DNA from: an uncultured Bacilli bacterium
Lineage (GTDB): Bacteria; Bacillota_I; Bacilli_A; RF39; UBA660
DNA length: 45,485 nt
Reading direction: 5' to 3'
NCBI GenBank assembly: GCA_944329205.1
Contig: CALVHY010000064.1
Location: 1-45,485, forward strand
Below the pieces are notes generated by a model. It did no database searches and was not told where the DNA came from. It saw only the letters and a list, made by a program, of their open reading frames with translations. Numbering within the stretch: position 1 is the stretch's first letter; each line of letters begins with the position of its first letter. A program made the translations under genes and the position numbers. Shown piece after piece: positions 18,356 to 28,946 of the stretch.

Positions 18356-19284
18356 TAAGAAAAATAATTAAATTAGTAAAACATCCAGTTAAAATAATAA
18401 TTTATTTTGCTTCCAAAGGAATAATTAATTACGACGACAAAAAATATATTGAGTATGTCTATAAAGAAAAAACAGGAAAAAAGGCAAATTTAGAAAATCC
18501 TCAAACTTTTAACGAAAAAATACAATATTTAAAACTGTATAATCGCAACCCTTTATACACTACTTTAGTAGATAAAATGCTAGCTAAAGAATATGTATCT
18601 AAAAAATTATCTAAAAATTATATAATACCTACAATTAAAGTCTATGATAGTGTTAAAAAAATAAATTTTTCTGAGTTACCAAATCAATTTGTATTGAAAA
18701 CAACCCATGATTCAGGAACAAGCATAATCTGCAAAGACAAAAAAACATTTAATGAACGCGAAGCCATAAAACTATTAAAAAAAAGACTTAAAAGAAAGTA
18801 TTTTTATTTGTGGCGAGAATGGCCATACAAAAACGTTAAACCTCGAATCATAGCTGAAAAATATTTAGAAGACAGCAAAGGCGAAATGACAGATTATAAA
18901 TTTTATTGCTTTGATGGTAAAGCAGAATATGTTATGATTTGCACAGATCGTGGCAGTAATGTAAAATTTTACTATTACGATAGACAATGGCAACTGCAAA
19001 AGAATATGAGTAGTGATGGTAAAAAAACAAATAAAAATTTTAAACTAGATAAGCCCCAAAATTTAGAAAAAATGTTTCAAGTTGCTGAGCAATTATCCAA
19101 AGGAATGAAATTTGTCAGAATAGATCTATACAATGTAGACGGCAAAATTTATTTTGGAGAATATACTTTTTATCCAAGCGCTGGTTTTGATATTACAAGA
19201 ACCGAAGAGTGCGAAACTATTTTATCATCAAAATTATTAATAGAAAAGGAGCAACAAAATGAAAAAAATTGGATTTATAATTAG
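18352..19284 (+). CDS. TupA-like ATP-grasp amidoligase
   Basis: NPQTFNEKIQYLK, LPNQFVLKTTHDSG, EWPYKNVKPRII, DYKFYCF, VRIDLY, FGEYTFYP. Confidence 0.85.
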   Translation: MIRKIIKLVKHPVKIIIYFASKGIINYDDKKYIEYVYKEKTGKKANLENPQTFNEKIQYLKLYNRNPLYTTLVDKMLAKEYVSKKLSKNYIIPTIKVYDSVKKINFSELPNQFVLKTTHDSGTSIICKDKKTFNEREAIKLLKKRLKRKYFYLWREWPYKNVKPRIIAEKYLEDSKGEMTDYKFYCFDGKAEYVMICTDRGSNVKFYYYDRQWQLQKNMSSDGKKTNKNFKLDKPQNLEKMFQVAEQLSKGMKFVRIDLYNVDGKIYFGEYTFYPSAGFDITRTEECETILSSKLLIEKEQQNEKNWIYN

Positions 19285-20218
19285 CAAAAAGGAAAATGAA
19301 TTTAGAAGAGCACTTGTTTTAAAAGATATTAAAAAAATCAAAAATAAAGAATATTGTTATTTTGAAAGTGGTTACGGGCATGTACTTGGATATGACGATC
19401 AAGAACTAATAGATTTAGGTTTTAAAGTTGCCTCAGAACAGGAGATAATAAAAGAATGTGATATAATTTGTGATCCTAAAATCGGAGACTCAGAAAATTT
19501 AAGTGAAATTCATAATAAAATAATATTTGGCTGGATTCATGCTACTCTTAATTATAATATTACTCAAATAATAATTGAAAATAAAATGACAGCTATCGCT
19601 TGGGAAAAAATGTTCAAGAATAATAAACATGTTTTTTTTAAAAATAACGAAATTGCTGGAGAAGCTGGTGTATTAGATGGTTTTTTAAAATACGGAATGT
19701 TACCTGACGGTTTATCTATAGCTATTCTAGGGAACGGGAACACATCACGAGGAGCTCAAAGAATATTAAATAAATTAGGAGCAAAATTTCAAGTATATGG
19801 TAGAAATGATGAGGAAAAATTTAAAAAAAACATTCAAAACTTCGACGTTATTATTAATTGCATATTATGGGATCCGCTAAGGAAAGATCATATAATTTAT
19901 AGTGAAGATCTAAAAAAAATGCGTAAAAACTCATTAATTATTGATATTTCTTGTGATCGCAATGGCGGCATTGAAACATGTATACCCACTACTATACAAG
20001 ATCCTATATATATAAAAAATTCTATAGTTCATTATGCTGTTGATCATACCCCATCACTTTTATATAAAGATGCTACAATGGCAATTTCTTCTGAAGTAAT
20101 ACAATATGTAGATATCTTAATAGAAGAACAATATGATGAAGTACTAAATAATGCAATTATTATAGAAGATGGATTAATCATAGATGAAGAAATTAATAAA
20201 TTTCAGCATCGTAATTAA
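19259..20218 (+). CDS. N(5)-(carboxyethyl)ornithine synthase-like opine synthase (AlaDH/PNT family)
   Basis: KENEFRRAL, E.GYG, CDPKIGD, FGWIHA, NNEIAGEAGV, IIDISCD, HYAVDHTPS. Confidence 0.82.
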   Translation: MKKIGFIISKKENEFRRALVLKDIKKIKNKEYCYFESGYGHVLGYDDQELIDLGFKVASEQEIIKECDIICDPKIGDSENLSEIHNKIIFGWIHATLNYNITQIIIENKMTAIAWEKMFKNNKHVFFKNNEIAGEAGVLDGFLKYGMLPDGLSIAILGNGNTSRGAQRILNKLGAKFQVYGRNDEEKFKKNIQNFDVIINCILWDPLRKDHIIYSEDLKKMRKNSLIIDISCDRNGGIETCIPTTIQDPIYIKNSIVHYAVDHTPSLLYKDATMAISSEVIQYVDILIEEQYDEVLNNAIIIEDGLIIDEEINKFQHRN

Positions 20219-20230
20219 GGAAGAAAAAAT

Positions 20231-21343
20231 ATGAAAAAAGTTTTATTTGTTATAGGAAGTCTCCAAGTAGGCGGAGCAGAAACTGTCATGGTAGATTTAG
20301 TAAATAATATATATAAAGAGTTTGATATAACTGTGTTATTAATAGAAAAAAGGGGTGAATTATTGAATACTATTAACCCCGAGATTAAATTAAAATATAT
20401 AACAAAATCAAAAGAATTTTGCAATAATTTTATTTCGGCAATATACAATAAAGTAAAACTAAGTTTGCTTTATCGTTACTTATCAAAAAAGAAATGGTAT
20501 ATTAATAGGATTTATAATAAAATATTGAAAGAAAATTATGATACCGAAATCTCTTTTCTTGCTGGAATTCCCGGAGATATAGTCAGTCAAAGTCCGAATA
20601 AATTCAGTAAAAAAATTGCCTGGATTCACTCGTGCGTCAATAAAGATAATCCAAGATTATATAACAAGTATTTAACATATACCAAAAATTTTAATACTAT
20701 TGTCGCAGTAAGCCAAGGAAGCATGGAAAAATTTAAAGAGACTTATCCTCAATGTAGTTCAAATATTGTACTTATTCATAATTTTATTGATACAAATAAA
20801 ATTATGAATAAAGCTAATTTAAAGTGCAATATTGTATTTGCAAAAAACAAATTAAATTGTCTTTCGTTAGGAAGATTATCTCCTGAAAAAGGATTTGATC
20901 GTATTATTAATATTGCTAAAAAATATGAAGACACAATAGATTTTTATATAGGCGGCTTTGGCCCTCAAAAAGATGAATTGGAAAATGAAATAAAAACTAA
21001 AAATATTAAAAATGTTTTTTTGCTGGGATTACTAGAGAATCCGTACCCATATTTAAAAAACGCTGACTTTTTTTTGCTATCATCTCGAAGTGAAGCATAT
21101 CCCACAGTTGTAATTGAAGCTATGGTTTTAAATAAATTTATAATTGCCACCGATGTTGCAGGTGTAAAAGAAATTTTGGAAGAATACGATAACAAAATAA
21201 TTGTAAAAAACGAAGATAGTGCTATTCCAATAGGACTTGATCAATACTTAAATATAAAAGAAAAAAAATCAATAAGTAATGCTAATTTTGAAAAAAGAAA
21301 TAAAACCAATTTGCAAAAAATTAAAGAATTAATAAGCCAATAA
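20231..21343 (+). CDS. Glycosyltransferase family 4
   Basis: GGAE, GRLSPEKG, NPYPY, SRSEAYPTVVIEA. Confidence 0.9.
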   Translation: MKKVLFVIGSLQVGGAETVMVDLVNNIYKEFDITVLLIEKRGELLNTINPEIKLKYITKSKEFCNNFISAIYNKVKLSLLYRYLSKKKWYINRIYNKILKENYDTEISFLAGIPGDIVSQSPNKFSKKIAWIHSCVNKDNPRLYNKYLTYTKNFNTIVAVSQGSMEKFKETYPQCSSNIVLIHNFIDTNKIMNKANLKCNIVFAKNKLNCLSLGRLSPEKGFDRIINIAKKYEDTIDFYIGGFGPQKDELENEIKTKNIKNVFLLGLLENPYPYLKNADFFLLSSRSEAYPTVVIEAMVLNKFIIATDVAGVKEILEEYDNKIIVKNEDSAIPIGLDQYLNIKEKKSISNANFEKRNKTNLQKIKELISQ

Positions 21344-21368
21344 AATATAAAGGAGTGTAAGAATTATC

Positions 21369-24300
21369 ATGCATAAAAAATTTATAAACTTTTTAATTAT
21401 ATTTATCTTAGTACAACCAATTTTTGATATTTCGGTATACTTTTTAAATAGAGTGTTTGAAATCGAAACATTAGCAACCTCAATAATAAGACCTTTAATA
21501 GCGGCCGGTATGTATATATATCTACTATTTAATCATAAAGTTTCCGCCAAGGCAAAAGCCATTTCGTTTGCTTACCTTTTTGCTTATGGAGTATTTTGCT
21601 TGCTACATTTATTAAATATTAGTGATAATTTTTTTGCGTTATCAGTTGGAAGTTTAACCACAGAAGTACGATACTTATTTAATTATGGCTATTTCTTACT
21701 ACAATTAATTAATTTTTATTTAATATTTAAAATTGCCACTGACAAAGATAAAGAAAAAATTTTAAAAGCCTTTGTCTTTGCAATATTAATTATGGTAATT
21801 CTTTATTTCACTTCCATTTTAACTAAAACATCTCCAAGAACTTACGCTATAACTTCTATAAAAGAAGGATTTAGAGGATGGTCTGTATCAGCTCATTACA
21901 TAGGACATTCAATCATCTATGCTTTACCAGTAATTATTTATGTTTTATTTGAAAAGAAATATATTAAGGGAATATCCAAATATTTAATATTTACATTAAT
22001 ACTTATTCCTCCTTTTTATTTAATTGGTACCAAAGCTCCGCTATTTGCAACCCTTGGTATTGTGACTTTTTATACTTTAATGTTAATTATTATCGGAATT
22101 AAAGACAAAAAGATCAATTTTACCACCGTTTATTTTATTTTAATAACTTTATTCCTTTTATTTACTTTCCCAAAGACTTATGGTTATGACAACTTTATGA
22201 ACCAAGTATCCATAGCTACAGGAGATCGAACAGAAACAGATTTGCCACAAGACGATACAACAGAATCTGAGGAAAACAAAACAGAAGAATCACCAGAAAA
22301 TGAAGAGGAAAATTTAGTAATTCCAACGGATATTTCCAATGTGTTTGATTTTAAAGATCGCGTATTATATAGTCTTTATATACACAAAGATATTAACACA
22401 TATGTTTTTGATAATCGTATTATTCAAAAAACAATAAATGAAGAGATATATAGCCTAAGTCCAATTAATGACAAACTACTCGGCTATGGTCATGAAACTA
22501 TGCCGCAAGGAACTTGGGTAGAAACAGATTTTCATACAATTTATTATTGCTATGGATTATTAGGATTGTTATTAGTTATAATTATTCCTTTTCTAAGCTT
22601 ATCTATTATTGGAATTAAATGCTTGTTAAATATTAAAGAAATGAATAAAAGCAAATTTATATTAGGAATCGGACTGGGTTTAAGCATGGGTATTATTTAT
22701 CTAGTTGGTTATACTCTCCAATTTGCACAAACTGTATTTTACATGATTGTTCTTTTATCTTTAGGAGCATCAGTATTTAAAGAAAAAAAAGAGAAAAAGA
22801 CAAAAGATTATTTATTTGCTATAAATGACTTAAACATTGGTGGCGCGGAAGTAGGAATGGTTGACGTTGTAAATGAGCTAGTAAGGCAAGGAAAAAGTGT
22901 AGATATTGTATTATTAAGAAAAGAAGGGCCCTTATTAGAACGAGTAAGTAAACAGATTCATATTTATGAAATTCTTAATAAAGACTATTTACCAATAAAA
23001 AGAAAATTATATCATTTTTTCTATATGCTTGGTGGTATTTTTACCAAATATGTCTATGCAAAAACAATTACTTCCAATTATAAAAATGAAATAGCTTACC
23101 TAGAAGGGTATCCAGCTGTATTTATTGCCGCTAGTACTAATCCCAATTCTGTGAAAATTGCTTCTATCCGAGTTGGCTTAAAAAGCCACCAATTAAAAGC
23201 AGCTAAACTACCCTGGGGCGAATTAAGAGTAAAACAAGCTTATAAAAAAATGGATAATATTTATACCGTATCAGATTTAACCACCAAAGAATTTTTGGAA
23301 AAATATCCTTTTTGTAAAACTAAAACAACTACTATTTATACTTATTTTAATATAGAAGATATTAATGCTAAGTCATTACAAAAATGTAAATATAATTTTC
23401 CCAAAGATAAAACAAACTTTTTAGCTGTTGGCCGCTTTAGTCCCCAAAAAAGTTATGATCGACTTATCGAAGCTTTTAGCGCTATTTGCAAAAAACACAA
23501 TAACGCCTTACTTCATTTCTTAGGTAATGACAATACCAAAGAAGGAGAAAAAATTAAAAAATTAATTAAAGAAAAAAAACTTGAAGACAAAGTTATAATT
23601 CATGGTGTTGATTCTAATCCCTATCCTTATATTAAAAATTGTGACATTCTTATTTCTTCTTCGCTATATGAAGGATTTCCAAGAGTAATAAATGAAGCTC
23701 TAGCTTTAAAAAAGCTTTGCATTGGCACGAATGTAACAGGTACAAAGGAAGCACTACATGATGGCAAATTGGGATTGTTAGTAGATGATTCAGTTGATGG
23801 CTTGATTGAAGGTATGGAAAAAGTTTTGACTAATCCTAAAATATATGCAGAATATGAAAAAGAAATATCAAAATTTGATGGCAACAAAAAAACTTTCTTT
23901 GCCGGCTTAGAAAATATAAGTAAAAGAAGAAAAGAAATGATTATTTATATGCCCAAATTATCAGTTGGTGGCATGGAAAAAGCATTAGTTAATTTAATCA
24001 ACTATGCAAAATTAAATGACAAATACAAATTGACTTTATATTTAGTCTATAAAGGTGAAACTAATTATTTAGCGTTATTACCTCGAAATATAAATTTAAT
24101 AATTGCTTGCTCCAGCAGGTGGAATCTACTAGGAAAAATAAAGGCTACAATAAAATTAATGGTTCGGTTTATTTATCAAATGTTTAAAGAATATGATATA
24201 GCTATATCATATTCCTATCAACATCCAATTTTAACCAGTTTAACTAGATTAAGCAGTGAAAATAGTATTGTCTATATTCATTCCAATCTAATAAGTGGCA

Positions 24301-25010
24301 CTACCGAAAAAAAAGCAAAAAAAAGAATTAAAAAATGCAAATACGAAAAATTCAAAAAAATAATATGTGTATCTTACGATGCCAAAAACACTTTAACAAA
24401 ATTTATTCCAAGACACGAAGATATTTATGTAGTTAATAATGTCGTAGATGGCGATAGGATACTTGCTAAAGCGAAAGAAGAAGTAGATGATTTTAAATTT
24501 GCTAAAAGTAAAATTTATTTTATCAACATTTGCCGTCATTTTGAAAATCATAAAAGATTAATGCGAATTATTGAAGCGACAAAAAGATTAAACGAAGAAG
24601 GATACAAGTTCGAAGTTTTATTTATAGGTGATGGTGAAGACCATGACTTATACGTTGAAAAAATAAGAGAATCTAACATCACCAATATTCATTTACTAGG
24701 TCAAAAAGAAAACCCCTATAAATATTTAGAAAGATCATCTGCCTTATTATTATCCTCAATTAGAGAAGGTTATCCTGTAGTATTTATTGAAGCCATGGTA
24801 TTAAATAAACCAATTGTTACCACTGCCGTTAGTGATGCCCTAGTTGATATAAAGGATAAATTTGGTATCGTAGTTGATAACGATGATCAATCAATATATG
24901 ATGGCATGAAAGAATACATTGAACACGGTTTTAAAATTAAAACCAAATTTAATTATTTAGAATTCAACGAAAATATTTTAAAAGAAATTGATAACATTTA
25001 TAACAAGTAA
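21369..25010 (+). CDS. Fusion of an O-antigen ligase/Wzy-like membrane domain with two GT4 domains
   Basis: ~470-aa polytopic N-terminus (GWSVSAH, GTKA, VETDF), then GGAE...SLYEGFP...EA and GGME...SIREGYP...EA. Confidence 0.8.
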   Translation: MHKKFINFLIIFILVQPIFDISVYFLNRVFEIETLATSIIRPLIAAGMYIYLLFNHKVSAKAKAISFAYLFAYGVFCLLHLLNISDNFFALSVGSLTTEVRYLFNYGYFLLQLINFYLIFKIATDKDKEKILKAFVFAILIMVILYFTSILTKTSPRTYAITSIKEGFRGWSVSAHYIGHSIIYALPVIIYVLFEKKYIKGISKYLIFTLILIPPFYLIGTKAPLFATLGIVTFYTLMLIIIGIKDKKINFTTVYFILITLFLLFTFPKTYGYDNFMNQVSIATGDRTETDLPQDDTTESEENKTEESPENEEENLVIPTDISNVFDFKDRVLYSLYIHKDINTYVFDNRIIQKTINEEIYSLSPINDKLLGYGHETMPQGTWVETDFHTIYYCYGLLGLLLVIIIPFLSLSIIGIKCLLNIKEMNKSKFILGIGLGLSMGIIYLVGYTLQFAQTVFYMIVLLSLGASVFKEKKEKKTKDYLFAINDLNIGGAEVGMVDVVNELVRQGKSVDIVLLRKEGPLLERVSKQIHIYEILNKDYLPIKRKLYHFFYMLGGIFTKYVYAKTITSNYKNEIAYLEGYPAVFIAASTNPNSVKIASIRVGLKSHQLKAAKLPWGELRVKQAYKKMDNIYTVSDLTTKEFLEKYPFCKTKTTTIYTYFNIEDINAKSLQKCKYNFPKDKTNFLAVGRFSPQKSYDRLIEAFSAICKKHNNALLHFLGNDNTKEGEKIKKLIKEKKLEDKVIIHGVDSNPYPYIKNCDILISSSLYEGFPRVINEALALKKLCIGTNVTGTKEALHDGKLGLLVDDSVDGLIEGMEKVLTNPKIYAEYEKEISKFDGNKKTFFAGLENISKRRKEMIIYMPKLSVGGMEKALVNLINYAKLNDKYKLTLYLVYKGETNYLALLPRNINLIIACSSRWNLLGKIKATIKLMVRFIYQMFKEYDIAISYSYQHPILTSLTRLSSENSIVYIHSNLISGTTEKKAKKRIKKCKYEKFKKIICVSYDAKNTLTKFIPRHEDIYVVNNVVDGDRILAKAKEEVDDFKFAKSKIYFINICRHFENHKRLMRIIEATKRLNEEGYKFEVLFIGDGEDHDLYVEKIRESNITNIHLLGQKENPYKYLERSSALLLSSIREGYPVVFIEAMVLNKPIVTTAVSDALVDIKDKFGIVVDNDDQSIYDGMKEYIEHGFKIKTKFNYLEFNENILKEIDNIYNK

Positions 25011-25021
25011 TTGAGGTGAAT

Positions 25022-25486
25022 ATGAAACGAGTAATGTTTATAAGCAGTGTTGGAGGTCATTTAACCCAGCTATTAGAATTAAAACCATTATTTAATGATT
25101 ATAACTATGTTTTGGTAACAGAAAAAACAGATGTTACCAAAGAAATGAAAAATAAATACAACATGGCCTATTTAGTTTATGGGACAAGAGAATATTTAAT
25201 ATCATATTTATTTAAATTTTCGTTTAACATCTTAAAATCATTTTACATATTTCTTAAATATCGTCCTCAAGTCATTGTAACAACGGGTGCCCATACTGCC
25301 GTCCCTATGTGTTATATAGCAAGACTTTTTAGAAAAAAAGTAATATTTATTGAAAGTTATGCTAAAAGAACTAGTCCAACTTTATCAGGACGTTTAGTAT
25401 ATAAAATTGCCACTACTTTCATAGTCCAATGGGAACCTATGTTGCAGTTTTATCCTAAGGCAAAATATTTTGGAGGAATTTATTGA
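25022..25486 (+). CDS. PssD/Cps14F (Alg14-like) glycosyltransferase subunit
   Basis: SSVGGHL, TTGA, FIES, FIVQW. Confidence 0.88.
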   Translation: MKRVMFISSVGGHLTQLLELKPLFNDYNYVLVTEKTDVTKEMKNKYNMAYLVYGTREYLISYLFKFSFNILKSFYIFLKYRPQVIVTTGAHTAVPMCYIARLFRKKVIFIESYAKRTSPTLSGRLVYKIATTFIVQWEPMLQFYPKAKYFGGIY

Positions 25487-25950
25487 TGATTTTAGTAACA
25501 CTCGGAACCCAAAAGCAGCCATTTACGCGCTTATTAGATATGGTTGACAAAATTTCTACAGAAGAAAAAATAATAGTTCAAGCGGGACACACAAAATATG
25601 AAAGCAGAAAAATGGAAATATTTGATTTTGTTGACTACCAAACTATGGACAAGTTAATAGATGAAGCTAGCATTATAATTACTCATGGTGGTACTGGATC
25701 AATTATAATGCCACTCAAAAAAGGCAAGAAAGTAATTGCCTGCCCAAGACTAAAAAAATATCATGAGCATGTTGATGACCATCAGGAACAAATTGTTGAC
25801 ATTTTTTCAGATGTAGGCTATATTATAAAGGCAGATGAAAATAGCGATTTAAATGATTTAATTAAAAAAATCAAAAAGGAAAAAATGGCTCAATTTATTT
25901 CCAATACAAATAATTTTTTAAATAAACTAAAAGAAGAAATAGACAAATGA
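25486..25950 (+). CDS. PssE/Cps14G (Alg13-like) glycosyltransferase subunit
   Basis: VTLGTQ..PF.RL, THGGTGS, EHVDDHQ. Confidence 0.88.
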   Translation: MILVTLGTQKQPFTRLLDMVDKISTEEKIIVQAGHTKYESRKMEIFDFVDYQTMDKLIDEASIIITHGGTGSIIMPLKKGKKVIACPRLKKYHEHVDDHQEQIVDIFSDVGYIIKADENSDLNDLIKKIKKEKMAQFISNTNNFLNKLKEEIDK

Positions 25951-26915
25951 AAGAAGGGAAAATCATGAAACAAAGTAATATTGAAGTTAGTATTTGCTGC
26001 ATCACATACAATCAAGGAAAATACATCAAAGAAGCCATTGACAGTTTTTTACATCAAAAAACCAACTTTAATTATGAAATAGTTATTCATGATGATGCTT
26101 CTACCGACAATACCATTAACAAATTGAAAGAATACAAAAAAAACTTTCCTGAAAAAATTGTTTTAATATTAGAAAAGGAAAATCAATATTCCAAAAGGCC
26201 TAATTCCGTCTTAGATATTGTCTTTAAAAAAGCTCGAGGGAAATATATAGCTGTCTGTGAAGGAGACGATGGGTTTATTGATGAATTAAAACTTCAAAAA
26301 CAATATGATTGTATGGAGAATGGCAATTTTTCTTTTTGCTCTCATAATACCGAAGATAGAGATGAAAATGGCAATTTAATTAAAAGAGAAGAAAAGTGCC
26401 AAAAAAATATAATTACTATTGAAGATTTTTTGAACGGTAAAGGTAATATGCATACATCTTCTTTGTTTTTTAGAAAAAAAGATGTAATGAATATGCCTGA
26501 ATTTTATAAGAAAGCCAAAATTGGCGATTTGCCTTTGAAATTATATTTATTATCTAAAGGGGAAGCTTATTATTTGAATGAGTTTTGTTCTTTTTATCGC
26601 CATAACTCAATTAATTCATGGACAATAAAGGGGAAGCAAAATATTGAAAAAAAACGTGAAAACATTGAATCAGTTATAAGTATTTATAAAGATTTTGATA
26701 ATTATAGCAATCATAAATATAATGCTTTAATTGATAAAATTATAAAGAGAATAGAATTTGAATTTTACAAAAGTACAGCTGATCTAAAAATGATAAAGAA
26801 AAATAAATATAAAGATCTTTATAAAAGCCTATCTATTATAGAGAAAATAAAAATAAGATTAAAATCGATAAAATGGTTTTATAGACTATATGTTAAAATT
26901 AGATATGGAAAATAG
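25947..26915 (+). CDS. Glycosyltransferase family 2
   Basis: CITYN, HDDASTD, CEGDD. Confidence 0.88.
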   Translation: MKEGKIMKQSNIEVSICCITYNQGKYIKEAIDSFLHQKTNFNYEIVIHDDASTDNTINKLKEYKKNFPEKIVLILEKENQYSKRPNSVLDIVFKKARGKYIAVCEGDDGFIDELKLQKQYDCMENGNFSFCSHNTEDRDENGNLIKREEKCQKNIITIEDFLNGKGNMHTSSLFFRKKDVMNMPEFYKKAKIGDLPLKLYLLSKGEAYYLNEFCSFYRHNSINSWTIKGKQNIEKKRENIESVISIYKDFDNYSNHKYNALIDKIIKRIEFEFYKSTADLKMIKKNKYKDLYKSLSIIEKIKIRLKSIKWFYRLYVKIRYGK

Positions 26916-26926
26916 AGGGATTAGAA

Positions 26927-28387
26927 ATGGAAAAAGCTGAAAATTTTCGAAATAATGTTGTGTCTTCTTTGGTATGGAAGTTTTTAGAACGAATTGGAAC
27001 CCAGGGAATACAATTTGTAGTATCAATTCTTTTAGCAAGACTTTTGCTCCCAAGCGATTATGGTGTTGTTACCATGATACTAGTATTTACAGCTATCGCA
27101 AACGTCTTTGTTCAATCAGGATTTAGTACTTCATTAATCCAAAAAAAGGATGCTGATGAATTAGACTTTTCCTCTGTCTTCTATATAAGTTTAGCCATAG
27201 CTACAATTTGTTATATAATATTATTTTTTTCCGCTCCCTTTATTGCTGATTTTTATAATATGCCCGAGATGACCACAATTCTTCGTGTACTATCGCTAAC
27301 ATTATTTTTTGGAGCAGTAAATTCTGTTCAAAATGCAAGAATATCACGAAATATGAATTTTAAAAAACTATTTTTTAGTAGCTTGGGTGCAATTATTGTC
27401 TCAGGAGTAACTGGCATTGCTTTAGCCTACTTAGGTTATGGACCATGGGCGTTAGTTTGGCAACAATTATCTAATTCAATTGCTATAACCATTATTTTAT
27501 GGTTTACCTCCGGTTGGAGGCCAAAACTTATGCTGTCAATTGAAAGGGTGAAGTCATTATTTTCATATGGATGGAAGATTTTATGTTCTTCTTTACTTGA
27601 CACAATTTATAGAAATCTATATAATTTAGTTATAGGAAGATTTTATAGTAGTGATACACTGGGAAATTACAATAAAGGAGAACAATTTCCAAAGTTAATA
27701 GCTGTTAATGTTGATGGAGCAATATCATCAGTTATGCTTCCTGCATACTCAAAAGAGCAGGAAAATAAAGACAAAGTAAAAAAAATGGTAAGAAGATCGA
27801 TTGTAACTAGTTCTCTTTTCCTTCTTCCTATGATGTTGGGCTTAGCAGCAGTTGCCGAAACAGCAGTACGCGTATTATTGACAAATAATTGGTTGGGGTG
27901 TGTACCTTATATGCAATTACTTTGTATTGTATATGCATTATATCCTATCCATACGGCTAATTTGCAATCAATTAAAGCGCTGGGCAAAAGTGATTACTTT
28001 TTAAAACTAGAAGTAATTAAAAAAATACTTGGTATAGTTGTATTAATTATCACTGTACCATTTGGTGTTTACGTTATGACTTTAGGCCAAGTAGTTGTTG
28101 CTATAATATCAACATTTATTAATTCCTTTCCCAATCGAAAATTATTAAACTACTCATATAAAGAACAAATAAAAGATATTGTACCACCATTAGGGCTATC
28201 TTTAATAATGTTTGCGATTGTTTATTTGATGAATTTTTTGAACATAAATATATATTTGCTGCTAGTTATCCAAATAATAGTGGGAGCAGTAATATATTTT
28301 GGTTTAGCTTATTTCTTTAAGTTAGAATCATTTCAATATGTTATAAAATTATTTTTAGCTAAAATGAAAGGAGTAAGACATGAATAG
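26927..28387 (+). CDS. Wzx-type polysaccharide flippase
   Basis: LARLL.P.DYG, multi-TM MOP-family pattern. Confidence 0.9.
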   Translation: MEKAENFRNNVVSSLVWKFLERIGTQGIQFVVSILLARLLLPSDYGVVTMILVFTAIANVFVQSGFSTSLIQKKDADELDFSSVFYISLAIATICYIILFFSAPFIADFYNMPEMTTILRVLSLTLFFGAVNSVQNARISRNMNFKKLFFSSLGAIIVSGVTGIALAYLGYGPWALVWQQLSNSIAITIILWFTSGWRPKLMLSIERVKSLFSYGWKILCSSLLDTIYRNLYNLVIGRFYSSDTLGNYNKGEQFPKLIAVNVDGAISSVMLPAYSKEQENKDKVKKMVRRSIVTSSLFLLPMMLGLAAVAETAVRVLLTNNWLGCVPYMQLLCIVYALYPIHTANLQSIKALGKSDYFLKLEVIKKILGIVVLIITVPFGVYVMTLGQVVVAIISTFINSFPNRKLLNYSYKEQIKDIVPPLGLSLIMFAIVYLMNFLNINIYLLLVIQIIVGAVIYFGLAYFFKLESFQYVIKLFLAKMKGVRHE

Positions 28388-28946
28388 TTTTTATAGCGAA
28401 GAAGAAGTAGAAAAATTAGGATTAAAAAAAATTGGAAAAAATGTATTAATTAGTCGAAATGCAACATTTTATGGCAGAGAAAACATTATTATTGGTAATA
28501 ATGTAAGAATTGATGATTTTTGCATTTTATCAGGTAAAATTGAAGTAGGAAACAATATTCACATATCTGCAGGTACAATGTTGTTTGCTGGAAATGCCGG
28601 TATTTACTTAGATGACTTTACAACTATTTCTTCAAGGTGTGTACTATATGCCATTACAGATGATTACTCAGGAAAAAGTATGATCGGGCCAATGCTATCA
28701 GACGATCTTCGGCATGTTATAGAAGGACCCGTCATATTAAAAAAATTTGCAGCAATAGGTGCTGGATGCATAGTTCTCCCCAATGTAACGCTCCATAAGG
28801 GCGCAGCCGTAGGAGCAATGAGTCTTGTTAATCGTGATTTAGAAGAATTTTCGATTAATTATGGTATTCCAGCTCGAAAAATAAAAGAAAGAAGTAGAGA
28901 TTTAGAAAAATTAGAATGGAGAGTTGATAATCATGAAACAAATTAA
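28380..28946 (+). CDS. Hexapeptide-repeat acyltransferase (VioB-like)
   Basis: IGKNVLIS, NVRIDDFCILSG, DDYSG; left-handed beta-helix repeats. Confidence 0.78.
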   Translation: MNSFYSEEEVEKLGLKKIGKNVLISRNATFYGRENIIIGNNVRIDDFCILSGKIEVGNNIHISAGTMLFAGNAGIYLDDFTTISSRCVLYAITDDYSGKSMIGPMLSDDLRHVIEGPVILKKFAAIGAGCIVLPNVTLHKGAAVGAMSLVNRDLEEFSINYGIPARKIKERSRDLEKLEWRVDNHETN

